From the NCBI GenBank assembly GCA_900320455.1, contig ONSK01000070.1:1-42383 (forward strand): a stretch of DNA of 42,383 bases. The letters are read 5' to 3'. Each line of letters starts with the position of its first letter. Positions within the stretch are counted from its first letter, which is position 1. Both the position numbers and the translations under genes were made by a program. Origin of the DNA: an uncultured Erysipelotrichaceae bacterium (GTDB taxonomy: Bacteria; Bacillota_I; Bacilli_A; Erysipelotrichales; Erysipelotrichaceae). Under the pieces are notes generated by a model, which worked only from the letters and a program-made list of their open reading frames with translations, did not search any database and was not told the origin of the DNA. Below, piece by piece: positions 25,837 through 33,352 of this stretch.

Positions 25837-28151
25837 TATTTCACCAGCGCTTCTTTCAGAACCTGGGAAACATTTTCTACCGGAATGAATTTGATGGATT
25901 CCTTCACGGCTTCCGGAATGTCATCCAGATCCCTCAGGTTGTTCTTCGGAATCAGAATGCGGCTGATACCGACACGGTGGGCAGCCAGTGACTTCTCACG
26001 CAGCCCGCCGATCGGAAGGACATTGCCGCGCAGTGTGACTTCACCGGTCATCGCAAGATCGCTGTGCACTGGCGTGTTGCTGAGGGCGGATACAAGCGCT
26101 GTCGTCATTGTGACGCCGGCACTCGGACCATCCTTCGGCACTGCGCCTTCCGGCACATGGATATGAATATCGTGTTCATCAAAGAACTTCGGATCAATGC
26201 CGAGATCACGGGCATGTGCCTTGACATAGTCCAGGGCGATTTCAGCACTTTCCTTCATGACGTCACCGAGCTGACCGGTCATGACAAGTCTGCTCTTTCC
26301 TTCGAAGTAGTTGACTTCAACGGACAGAACGTCGCCGCCGAATTCCGTATAGGCAAGTCCGGTAACGACACCGACCTGATCCTTCTTTTCCTTGGAACCG
26401 TATTCGAAGATTTCCTTGCCGAGCCACTTGTTGATCAGCTTCTTTGTCACTTTGACAGACTTCTTGTTCTCATTGAGGATTTCAAGAACCGTCTTGCGGC
26501 ACAGAGACGCAATCACACGCTCGAGCTGTCTGACACCCGCTTCTCTTGTGTAATGGCGGATCAGATAGAGGATTTCCTCATCAGCGAGCTTGAACTGGGC
26601 AGGCTTCAGACCGTTGGCTTCCAGCTGTTTCGGAATAAGATGCTCGTTGGCGATATGCACCTTGTCGATTTCCGTATAGGAAGGCAGCTGAATGATTTCA
26701 AGACGGTCTCTCAGCGGAGCCGGAATGTTTTCAAGGTAGTTCGCTGTCGCGATGAACATGACCTTGGAAAGATCATACGGTTCTTCCAGGTAGTGATCGG
26801 AGAACAGAGAGTTCTGTTCCGGATCAAGCACTTCCAGCAGAGCATCGCTCGGATCGCCCTTGTAGTCAGCGCCCATCTTGTCGATTTCATCGATCAGGAA
26901 CACCGGGTTGATGACACCGGCCTTCTTCATTCCCTGGATGACTCTTCCCGGCAGAGAGCCGAGGTATGTTCTTCTGTGTCCTCTGATTTCAGCTTCATCA
27001 CGGACACCGCCGAGTGACATCTTGACGAACTTTCTGTCAAGCGATCTGGCGATGGATTTGCCGAGTGATGTTTTGCCGACACCGGGAGGACCGACCAGGC
27101 AGAGGATCGGGCTGTTGAGATTGCCTGTCATCTGCTTGACCGCCAGGTATTCCATGATTCTGTCCTTGACCTTCTCGAGTCCGTAATGGTCCTCATCGAG
27201 AACGCCTCTGACTGCCTTGAGGTCTTCGTTGTCATCTGTCTGCTGCCACCACGGAACCTTCAGCAGCCAGTCGAGATAGCTGCGGGCAACGGATGCCTCA
27301 CCGCTTCCCGGCGGCAGCATCTCATATCTCTGCAGTTCCTCGAGGGCCTTTTCCTTGACGTGATCCGGATACGGATTCTTCTGAATCATCTCGCGGATCT
27401 CGGCAGCGTCGTCGGTCATGTTGGATACGTCACCAAGTTCTTCCTTGATGGCCTTCAGCTTTTCACGCAGGTAGTATTCCTTCTGACCGCCGTCAATTCT
27501 CTCTTTGACTTTGTCATTGATCGTCGCTTCGATCTGTGAGAACTTCTGCTGTTTCTCAAGCTCGGCGATGATCATCAGCATTCTCTCATTGACGTTCAGT
27601 GTCTCAAGAAGCTTCTGTCTTGTATCCTGTTCGAGCATGAAATACTGTCCGAACTGGTCTGTCAGTGTAATTGCGCTGACACCCTGGGAAAGCTGTCTGA
27701 CAATGTCAGCTGGAAATGCCTGTGAGAAGTTTGAAACAGATTCAAACTCACTGATGACTTTCTTTACGAGAGCCATTTCTTCCTGGGAGTTGCCCTGGAT
27801 GTCACTGACCGGCTCGATCTCAGCCATCATCATCTCACTGGAATCCAGCAGTCTGACGAGTCTTGCACGCTTCATGCCGGTAAATGTCACGCGGATGAAT
27901 CCTTCCTTGCGGCGGATCACCTTGATCTTGGAAAGTGTTCCGAACCGGTAGAGATTTTCTTCTTTCGGGTCATCCACCATAATGTCATTCTGGCAGACGA
28001 TCCAGACCATGCTGTCATAAGAAGCGGAAGCTTCATTGACGGCACGTACGGATTTGCTGCGGCCGACTTCAATCATCACATCCTGTCCGGGGAAAACGAT
28101 GATGCCTCTGGTCGCAACGACAGGTACTTTTACTGTTACTTGTTCGCTCAT
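25836..28151 (-). CDS. lon: ATP-dependent protease La (LonA)
   Basis: LDEDHYGL, GPPGVGKTS, IDEIDK, PKDGPSAG and PIGGLREK. Confidence 0.99.
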   Translation of the reverse strand: MSEQVTVKVPVVATRGIIVFPGQDVMIEVGRSKSVRAVNEASASYDSMVWIVCQNDIMVDDPKEENLYRFGTLSKIKVIRRKEGFIRVTFTGMKRARLVRLLDSSEMMMAEIEPVSDIQGNSQEEMALVKKVISEFESVSNFSQAFPADIVRQLSQGVSAITLTDQFGQYFMLEQDTRQKLLETLNVNERMLMIIAELEKQQKFSQIEATINDKVKERIDGGQKEYYLREKLKAIKEELGDVSNMTDDAAEIREMIQKNPYPDHVKEKALEELQRYEMLPPGSGEASVARSYLDWLLKVPWWQQTDDNEDLKAVRGVLDEDHYGLEKVKDRIMEYLAVKQMTGNLNSPILCLVGPPGVGKTSLGKSIARSLDRKFVKMSLGGVRDEAEIRGHRRTYLGSLPGRVIQGMKKAGVINPVFLIDEIDKMGADYKGDPSDALLEVLDPEQNSLFSDHYLEEPYDLSKVMFIATANYLENIPAPLRDRLEIIQLPSYTEIDKVHIANEHLIPKQLEANGLKPAQFKLADEEILYLIRHYTREAGVRQLERVIASLCRKTVLEILNENKKSVKVTKKLINKWLGKEIFEYGSKEKKDQVGVVTGLAYTEFGGDVLSVEVNYFEGKSRLVMTGQLGDVMKESAEIALDYVKAHARDLGIDPKFFDEHDIHIHVPEGAVPKDGPSAGVTMTTALVSALSNTPVHSDLAMTGEVTLRGNVLPIGGLREKSLAAHRVGISRILIPKNNLRDLDDIPEAVKESIKFIPVENVSQVLKEALVK

Positions 28152-28178
28152 ACACGTACCTCCTTTTCTGTATCTTGG

Positions 28179-28206
28179 AAAATAAGACGCTTGAAGCGTC
28201 TTATTT
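28179..28206 (-). terminator. Hairpin/terminator between tig and lon
   Basis: Perfect inverted repeat AAATAAGACGCTT-N-AAGCGTCTTATTT with a short U tail. Confidence 0.65.
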
Positions 28207-28248
28207 CGCGATCTTATTCAGCAGTTTATTGCAAGAACGTACAGCGCA

Positions 28249-29529
28249 TTACTCAGCAGCGTTCAGTCCCTTGAGGAAGTTGAGAGCCTTTTCAGCCTTC
28301 ATATCGCCCTTCATCTGCTCAACAGGGATGTACTGCTTGACATCGTCCAGCTTCATGCCGTACATTTCAGCAAGTTTTTCGAGTTCCTTTTCAGCCTCCT
28401 CGTCGGATACTGTCAGGTTTTCAAGCTTAGCAATCTGCTTGAGAGCAAGTCTGCTCTTGACACCCTTTTCAGCGTTCTCTCTGTAGGATTCCTTCATAGA
28501 GTCAACTGTCAGTCCGGCGAACTTCATGTACTGTGACAGGCTCAGACCAGCGCCCTGCACCTGCTGGGCAAACTGCTGGATCTGTGCTTCCACTTCATTT
28601 TCGATCATGATTTCAGGAACTTCGACTTCTGTCATTTCAACGAGCTGTTCCATCAGCTTGTTGGCAGCTTCATTCTCAGCTGTGTTCTTTCTGCTTGTCT
28701 CCAGACGCTCGCGGATTGTCTTCTTCAGATCATCGAGAGATTCAACATCCGGCCAGTTCAGATCCTTTGCGAAATCATCATTGACTTCCGGCAGAACCTT
28801 CTTCTTGACTTCGTTGACCTTGACCTCGAATACAACTGCAGCACCTGCCAGTTCTTCACTGTGGTAGTCCTCAGGGAATGTGAGGTTCAGAGCTTTTTCA
28901 TCTCCTGCCTTGACGCCGACCAGCTGCTCTTCGAAGCCCGGAATGAAAGAACCGGATCCTAGAACGAGGTCATGGTTCTCAGCTGTACCGCCGTCGAAAG
29001 CGACGCCGTCCTTGAGTCCCTTGTAGTTGATGTTGACTGTATCGCCGTTTTCAGCTGCTTCTTCAGTCACTTCCCATTCAGCGTATCTCTCGCGTGTGGA
29101 ATTGATTTCCTTGTCGACATCCTCGTCTGTAACAGCAGCTTCTTCGACTTCATACTTCAGGCTCTTGTAATCACCGAGCTTTGCCTCCGGTTCAACCGGG
29201 AATGTGAAGACGACAACAGCCTGCTCAGCATCCATGGAACGGATATCGAGAACCGGTCTGTCAATCGGTTCGAGTTCCTGTTCCTTCAGCGCTTCCTGCA
29301 GCCAGTGATTCGCATTGTCTTCGACAGCCTGCATATATCTTTCAGAAGCCGGCACTCTTCTTTCGATCAGTGCCTTCGGTGCCTGTCCTTTACGGAAGCC
29401 ATCGATTGTGACGTTTCTGGCGATCTTGTCAAAAGCCTTCTTGACGGCTTTCTTCCAGTCTTCGCCGGAGATCGTAACCTCGAGATCTCCCATTGATTTT
29501 TCCTTCAGTGTCCAGTTTGACATATACAT
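28249..29529 (-). CDS. tig: Trigger factor
   Basis: GFRKGQAP ribosome-binding loop and FKBP domain (FDGG, FIPGFEEQL, TFPEDYH); SD spacing favours ATG 29523 as the start. Confidence 0.98.
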   Translation of the reverse strand: MYMSNWTLKEKSMGDLEVTISGEDWKKAVKKAFDKIARNVTIDGFRKGQAPKALIERRVPASERYMQAVEDNANHWLQEALKEQELEPIDRPVLDIRSMDAEQAVVVFTFPVEPEAKLGDYKSLKYEVEEAAVTDEDVDKEINSTRERYAEWEVTEEAAENGDTVNINYKGLKDGVAFDGGTAENHDLVLGSGSFIPGFEEQLVGVKAGDEKALNLTFPEDYHSEELAGAAVVFEVKVNEVKKKVLPEVNDDFAKDLNWPDVESLDDLKKTIRERLETSRKNTAENEAANKLMEQLVEMTEVEVPEIMIENEVEAQIQQFAQQVQGAGLSLSQYMKFAGLTVDSMKESYRENAEKGVKSRLALKQIAKLENLTVSDEEAEKELEKLAEMYGMKLDDVKQYIPVEQMKGDMKAEKALNFLKGLNAAE

Positions 29530-29558
29530 TTACTCCTATTCTGTAATATTGCCGTAAT

Positions 29559-29587
29559 ATTATAACAAATACAGTCCGGCAAAGCCA
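29559..29587 (-). promoter_or_regulatory. Proximal extended -10 promoter of tig
   Basis: TGtTATAAT (hexamer 29564-29559) with TGGCTT 17 nt upstream. Confidence 0.6.
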
Positions 29588-29606
29588 TGCGAATATGCAT
29601 GAATTT

Positions 29607-29633
29607 TTAGCACTCACAGGCAACGCCTGCTAA
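29607..29633. promoter_or_regulatory. CIRCE (HrcA operator) 1
   Basis: TTAGCACTC-ACAGGCAAC-GCCTGCTAA versus consensus TTAGCACTC-N9-GAGTGCTAA (16/18). Confidence 0.85.
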
Positions 29634-29634
29634 T

Positions 29635-29663
29635 ATACTACTCATTTGTATTAGCACTGTCAA
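29635..29663 (-). promoter_or_regulatory. Distal sigmaA promoter of tig, bracketed by the two CIRCEs
   Basis: TTGACA (29663-29658), 17-nt spacer, TAGTAT (29640-29635). Confidence 0.65.
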
Positions 29664-29677
29664 CTATAAAGTGCTAA
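29651..29677. promoter_or_regulatory. CIRCE (HrcA operator) 2
   Basis: TTAGCACTG-TCAACTATA-AAGTGCTAA (16/18 match to consensus). Confidence 0.85.
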
Positions 29678-30353
29678 TCTGACTGTTTCTGAGATATCTG
29701 TACAGATCTCCGCCGTCCATCATGTCGCTGACATTCTTCAGGATTTCATCTGCCAGCGCTTCGCCGTCTTCCGTATCGTAGCTCAGCGGCAGGAACATGA
29801 ACACTTCCCTGACAAGCAGCGTGCGGCACATCTCCAGATAATCCGGATGTTCATTCTCAAGCGTTTCCTTCAGGATCCTGAAGGCTTCATGGTAGCCGCT
29901 GCTTTCACTGATGGGTGTCAGCGAATCTCCCCAGAATGTATATTCCACCCCGTCCTTCACATATGTGAATTCCTCCGGAACCTCCTGTTCGGCAATTGCC
30001 TCAATGACCAGAGCTGCCGCCTCCGGCTGTGGATCATTCATCAGATACTCTCTCAGCTCTTCCGCATATTTGCGCAGATTCTTTTCCGAAAGAACGGATG
30101 CCGCCCGAAGCTGCGAGACACTGTCTCCCTTCAGTTCATTCAGAAGCGTATCCATATCCGCTTCCTTCCTGACGGATGTCTCACTCTTTAAATAGGCAAG
30201 ATCCTTGCGGATGGCTTTGAGGCTTTCTTCGAAATCAGGCGGTACATACGGCATGGACAATTCTTTTCTGACGATCATCTCTGCTTCCGCATACTCTTTC
30301 CTGTCAATCAGGTCTCTGATTTCCTGCAGTGTTTCATCGTAATATCCGTTCAT
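29664..30353 (-). CDS. DUF3196-like hypothetical protein
   Basis: YYDETLQEI...ELSMPYVP.DFEE.L pattern recalled from DUF3196 proteins of Mollicutes/Erysipelotrichia; ATG 30353 has SD GGGAGG. Confidence 0.65.
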   Translation of the reverse strand: MNGYYDETLQEIRDLIDRKEYAEAEMIVRKELSMPYVPPDFEESLKAIRKDLAYLKSETSVRKEADMDTLLNELKGDSVSQLRAASVLSEKNLRKYAEELREYLMNDPQPEAAALVIEAIAEQEVPEEFTYVKDGVEYTFWGDSLTPISESSGYHEAFRILKETLENEHPDYLEMCRTLLVREVFMFLPLSYDTEDGEALADEILKNVSDMMDGGDLYRYLRNSQISTL

Positions 30354-30372
30354 GAAATCCTCCCGAATATCC

Positions 30373-30404
30373 AAAAATACCGGAACGCGTTCGCAATTCC
30401 GGTA
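30373..30404 (-). terminator. Probable terminator after tRNA-Arg
   Basis: TACCGGAA-N11-TTCCGGTA followed by TTTTT. Confidence 0.6.
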
Positions 30405-30411
30405 AAGTCAG

Positions 30412-30485
30412 CGTCGTCGAAGAGACTCGAACTCTTGACCGTCCGCTTAGAAGGCGGGTGCTCTATCCAACTGAGCTACGACGAC
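30412..30485 (-). tRNA. tRNA-Arg (anticodon UCU), CCA not encoded
   Basis: GTCGTCG-TA-GCTC-AGTTGGATA-GAGC-A-CCCGC-CTTCTAA-GCGGA-CGGTC-AAGAG-TTCGAGT-CTCTT-CGACGAC-G folds into a 74-nt cloverleaf. Confidence 0.97.
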
Positions 30486-30494
30486 AGCACAAAT

Positions 30495-30523
30495 ATATTA
30501 ACAAAACCGTTTTCGGTTTTCAA
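30495..30523 (-). promoter_or_regulatory. Putative sigmaA promoter of tRNA-Arg
   Basis: TTGAAA (30523-30518), 17-nt spacer ending TGT, TAATAT (30500-30495). Confidence 0.55.
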
Positions 30524-30555
30524 CTACTATTTTCGGAAAATCATCCGGTAAAGTT

Positions 30556-30579
30556 TCAGACCGTCCAAAGACGGTCTGA
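30556..30579. terminator. Hairpin downstream of the phosphoesterase gene
   Basis: TCAGACCGTC-CAAA-GACGGTCTGA perfect 10-bp stem; poor U tract on the minus strand. Confidence 0.5.
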
Positions 30580-30590
30580 TTATCTCTGAT

Positions 30591-31067
30591 TCAGATGTGG
30601 TAGGACATCCTGGTTACCTTCACTTCAGAACCGTTGATATCAACGATCATGTAGGAAGGTTCCGATCCGTCACGGTTGCGCCAGATCGATCCGGGATTGA
30701 GAAGTCTGATTCCGTCGATCACCGAATCATGATAGATATGGGTATGACCGAACATCACGATGTCACAGCCGGCTTCCTTTCCCCTTTCCGCCAACATGTC
30801 ATAATGTCCGAAGAACATATCGCGGTGACCGTGCACCAGCAGAATGCGGTGGCCTGCGACATTCAGCACCTTGCGGAACTGGTATGCGTTGTATTCATCG
30901 TTGTTTCCCTGTACAGCCGCGAAACCGTCAAGCATAAACGGCGGCATTTCACTGTCTCCGCAGTGAAACAGATATTCCCCATGGCAGTACCGGTCTCTGA
31001 TATCGGTGATGGCTTTGGCAAGGCCGTGGTTATCGCTGATCAGAATAATCCTGGCTTGATTTGTCAT
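30591..31067 (-). CDS. YfcE/YsnB family metallophosphoesterase
   Basis: ISDNHG, HCGD, VQGNND, VHGH, FGHTH and NPGS; start at ATG 31067 with SD AGGAG. Confidence 0.93.
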   Translation of the reverse strand: MTNQARIILISDNHGLAKAITDIRDRYCHGEYLFHCGDSEMPPFMLDGFAAVQGNNDEYNAYQFRKVLNVAGHRILLVHGHRDMFFGHYDMLAERGKEAGCDIVMFGHTHIYHDSVIDGIRLLNPGSIWRNRDGSEPSYMIVDINGSEVKVTRMSYHI

Positions 31068-31157
31068 GTTTTCTCCTTTTTTGTTCACTTAAGCGCATTT
31101 TAACCTATGTGAAAAGATTCGTAATCATGTTAACATAAAAACAGGAAAAGGAAGGCA

Positions 31158-31547
31158 GTGTTTATGAAATTGAATCTGTACCCGTATAATTACTGGATCC
31201 TGTGGGCATCCTGCCTGGTGCTGGCAGTATGTCTTGTCATACTTGTTTCAAAAGCGCTCAATCTTGTCAAACAGCTGAAAGTGATGCAGGCGGCGACAGA
31301 GCCGATGCAGAAGAACCTGAAGCTGATGCAGATCAAAACCGAAGCGGTCAATGAGAAGAAAGCGGAACAGCAGAAGAAGAACAAGCTGCTGATGGCTGCC
31401 ATCCCGATTCTGCTCGCTGTGCAGAAAGCATACTCTGCTGATGATGAACTGCACGGCGTCAAGGGCTATACAGCTGCCGCGAAGAAAGTATACAAGACAT
31501 CGCAGGATGAGAAAACACTGATTGCGAAAATCAAGAAAGCCATGTAA
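31158..31547 (+). CDS. Hypothetical membrane-anchored coiled-coil protein
   Basis: SD-like AAGGAAGG, N-terminal TM segment (ILWASCLVLAVCLVILV), Lys/Gln-rich helix, host-like codon use and a terminator after the stop. Confidence 0.75.
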   Translation: MFMKLNLYPYNYWILWASCLVLAVCLVILVSKALNLVKQLKVMQAATEPMQKNLKLMQIKTEAVNEKKAEQQKKNKLLMAAIPILLAVQKAYSADDELHGVKGYTAAAKKVYKTSQDEKTLIAKIKKAM

Positions 31548-31549
31548 CG

Positions 31550-31584
31550 AAAAATGATGTATCATTCCGATACATCATTTTTTT
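31550..31584. terminator. Bidirectional terminator between the convergent hypothetical gene and uvrC
   Basis: AAAAATGATGTATC-ATTCC-GATACATCATTTTTTT. Confidence 0.8.
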
Positions 31585-33349
31585 CATCTTCATGCAAAGC
31601 CCTGTACACATTGCGGGCTGCCTCTTTCGGCACAACGTTCGCGATTTCTTCTTCGCTTGCCTCCTTCAGCTTTGAGAAACTGCCGAATTCCTTCAGAAGC
31701 AGCTTCTTGCGCTTGGGACCGATGCCTTCGATTTCATCGAGGATCGATTTTGTCTGCGCTTTGGAACGCAGCTTGCGGTGATAGCTGATGGCGGTTCTGT
31801 GCACTTCATCCTGCATTCTTGTAAGCAGGAAGAAGAGACCGGAATTCTTGTCGATATCAAATGTCTGGAAATTCGTATCCATCAGGGCATTGGTATTGTG
31901 GTGGTCATCCTTGACCAGGCCCATGATCTTGATCGTTTCACTCAGTCCGAGACTGTCCAGGATTTCCTTCGCGGCTTCGATCTGGGTGCGGCCGCCGTCG
32001 ACGAGGATGCCGTCCGGGAATCTGCCGCCGTCCGATAACAGACGGAAATAGCGCCGGTAGACAACCTCTTTCATGGAATCGACATCGCTGTTTCCGGTGT
32101 GCAGCTTATACAGGCGGTAGTTCTTCTTGTCGGGAACACCGTCTTCATAGACAACGCAGCTTGCCACGGTGAAGGCACCGCTGATATGGGAGTTGTCAAA
32201 CAGCTCCACGCGGCGCATCTCACGCCCGGCAAGTTTTGATAGTTCCTCAACAGCCTGCTCGGTGATCGTATTCTGCCGCTCCACTGTCTGGAATTTCAGC
32301 TCCAGCTGTTTCTTCGCATTCTCCACGCACATGTCCACAAGACGCTGCTTGTAGCCGCGCTGGGGCTGGAACACCGGCATATCGAGAATCGCCGAGAGGT
32401 TTTCAAAATCACAGTTCCTCGGCAGAACGAGTTCCCTTGCGGCAGGATGTTCCTGATAGTAATCCGCAAGGAATGACGAGAACGCATCCTCGGGATCGCC
32501 ATACAGCGGTCTCAGTCTGAATTCCTTGTTCAGGATGACGCCGTTTCTGACAAGGAAGCCGGTGATTGCCATATATCCCCTGTCCGCATACCAGGCAAAA
32601 ACGTCTCTCGAACCGCGGTTGTCTTTTTCGATATTCTGTCTGTCAGCCACAACCTTGTGAATGGATTCCAGCATATCCCTGTATTCCATCGCCTTCTCAA
32701 ATTCAAGATTCTCGCTGGCAGCTGCCATTTTCTGTTTCAGATCGTTTTCGATTTCTCTCGTATCCCCGTTCATGAAGCGTGTCACGCGGTCTGCCATCTC
32801 TTCATAGGTACCCTGCGGCAGTTCATAGACACAGGGACCAAGACACTGGTTCATGTGGTAATACAGACACAGCTTGTCCTGCATTCTCGTGCATCTGCGG
32901 AACGGATAGAGCCCCTGCAGAAGCTTTAATGTCATCCTGGCAGCCGTCGCATCAGGAAAAGGACCGAAATATCTCGCTTTCCTGTCCTTCTTCATATCTC
33001 TTGCAATCATCAGCCGGGGATACTGTTCCCTGGTCAGTTTGATATAGGGATAGGAAGAATCATCGATAAACTGGATATTGTACTTCGGCCTGTATTTCTT
33101 GATCAGATTGATTTCCAGGACAAGCGCTTCTTTTTCCGATGCCGTGACGATGAAATCAAAGTCCTCGATATTGGATACCATCTTGGTCGTCTTGAAATCA
33201 TGATCGCCGGTGAAATACTGGTTGACTCTGTTGTGCAGGTTCTTGGCCTTGCCGACATAGATGATCTCACCGTTTTTGTCCTTCATCTGATAGCTTCCGG
33301 GTTCATCCGGAAGATTTGCCAGTTTTGCTTTGATATATTCTCTGTCCAT
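31562..33349 (-). CDS. uvrC: Excinuclease ABC subunit C
   Basis: GIY-YIG domain (PGSYQM...IYVGKAKNL), UVR domain, FDNSH, VDGG..Q, DEVHR.AI and HhH GIGPKR. Confidence 0.98.
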   Translation of the reverse strand: MDREYIKAKLANLPDEPGSYQMKDKNGEIIYVGKAKNLHNRVNQYFTGDHDFKTTKMVSNIEDFDFIVTASEKEALVLEINLIKKYRPKYNIQFIDDSSYPYIKLTREQYPRLMIARDMKKDRKARYFGPFPDATAARMTLKLLQGLYPFRRCTRMQDKLCLYYHMNQCLGPCVYELPQGTYEEMADRVTRFMNGDTREIENDLKQKMAAASENLEFEKAMEYRDMLESIHKVVADRQNIEKDNRGSRDVFAWYADRGYMAITGFLVRNGVILNKEFRLRPLYGDPEDAFSSFLADYYQEHPAARELVLPRNCDFENLSAILDMPVFQPQRGYKQRLVDMCVENAKKQLELKFQTVERQNTITEQAVEELSKLAGREMRRVELFDNSHISGAFTVASCVVYEDGVPDKKNYRLYKLHTGNSDVDSMKEVVYRRYFRLLSDGGRFPDGILVDGGRTQIEAAKEILDSLGLSETIKIMGLVKDDHHNTNALMDTNFQTFDIDKNSGLFFLLTRMQDEVHRTAISYHRKLRSKAQTKSILDEIEGIGPKRKKLLLKEFGSFSKLKEASEEEIANVVPKEAARNVYRALHEDEKNDVSE

Positions 33350-33352
33350 AGG

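Noticed and set aside
30412-30485. tRNA-Arg as an integration site for a prophage or island
   Set aside because: I saw no integrase, no duplicated tRNA 3' end and no compositional shift; the flanks are ordinary genes.
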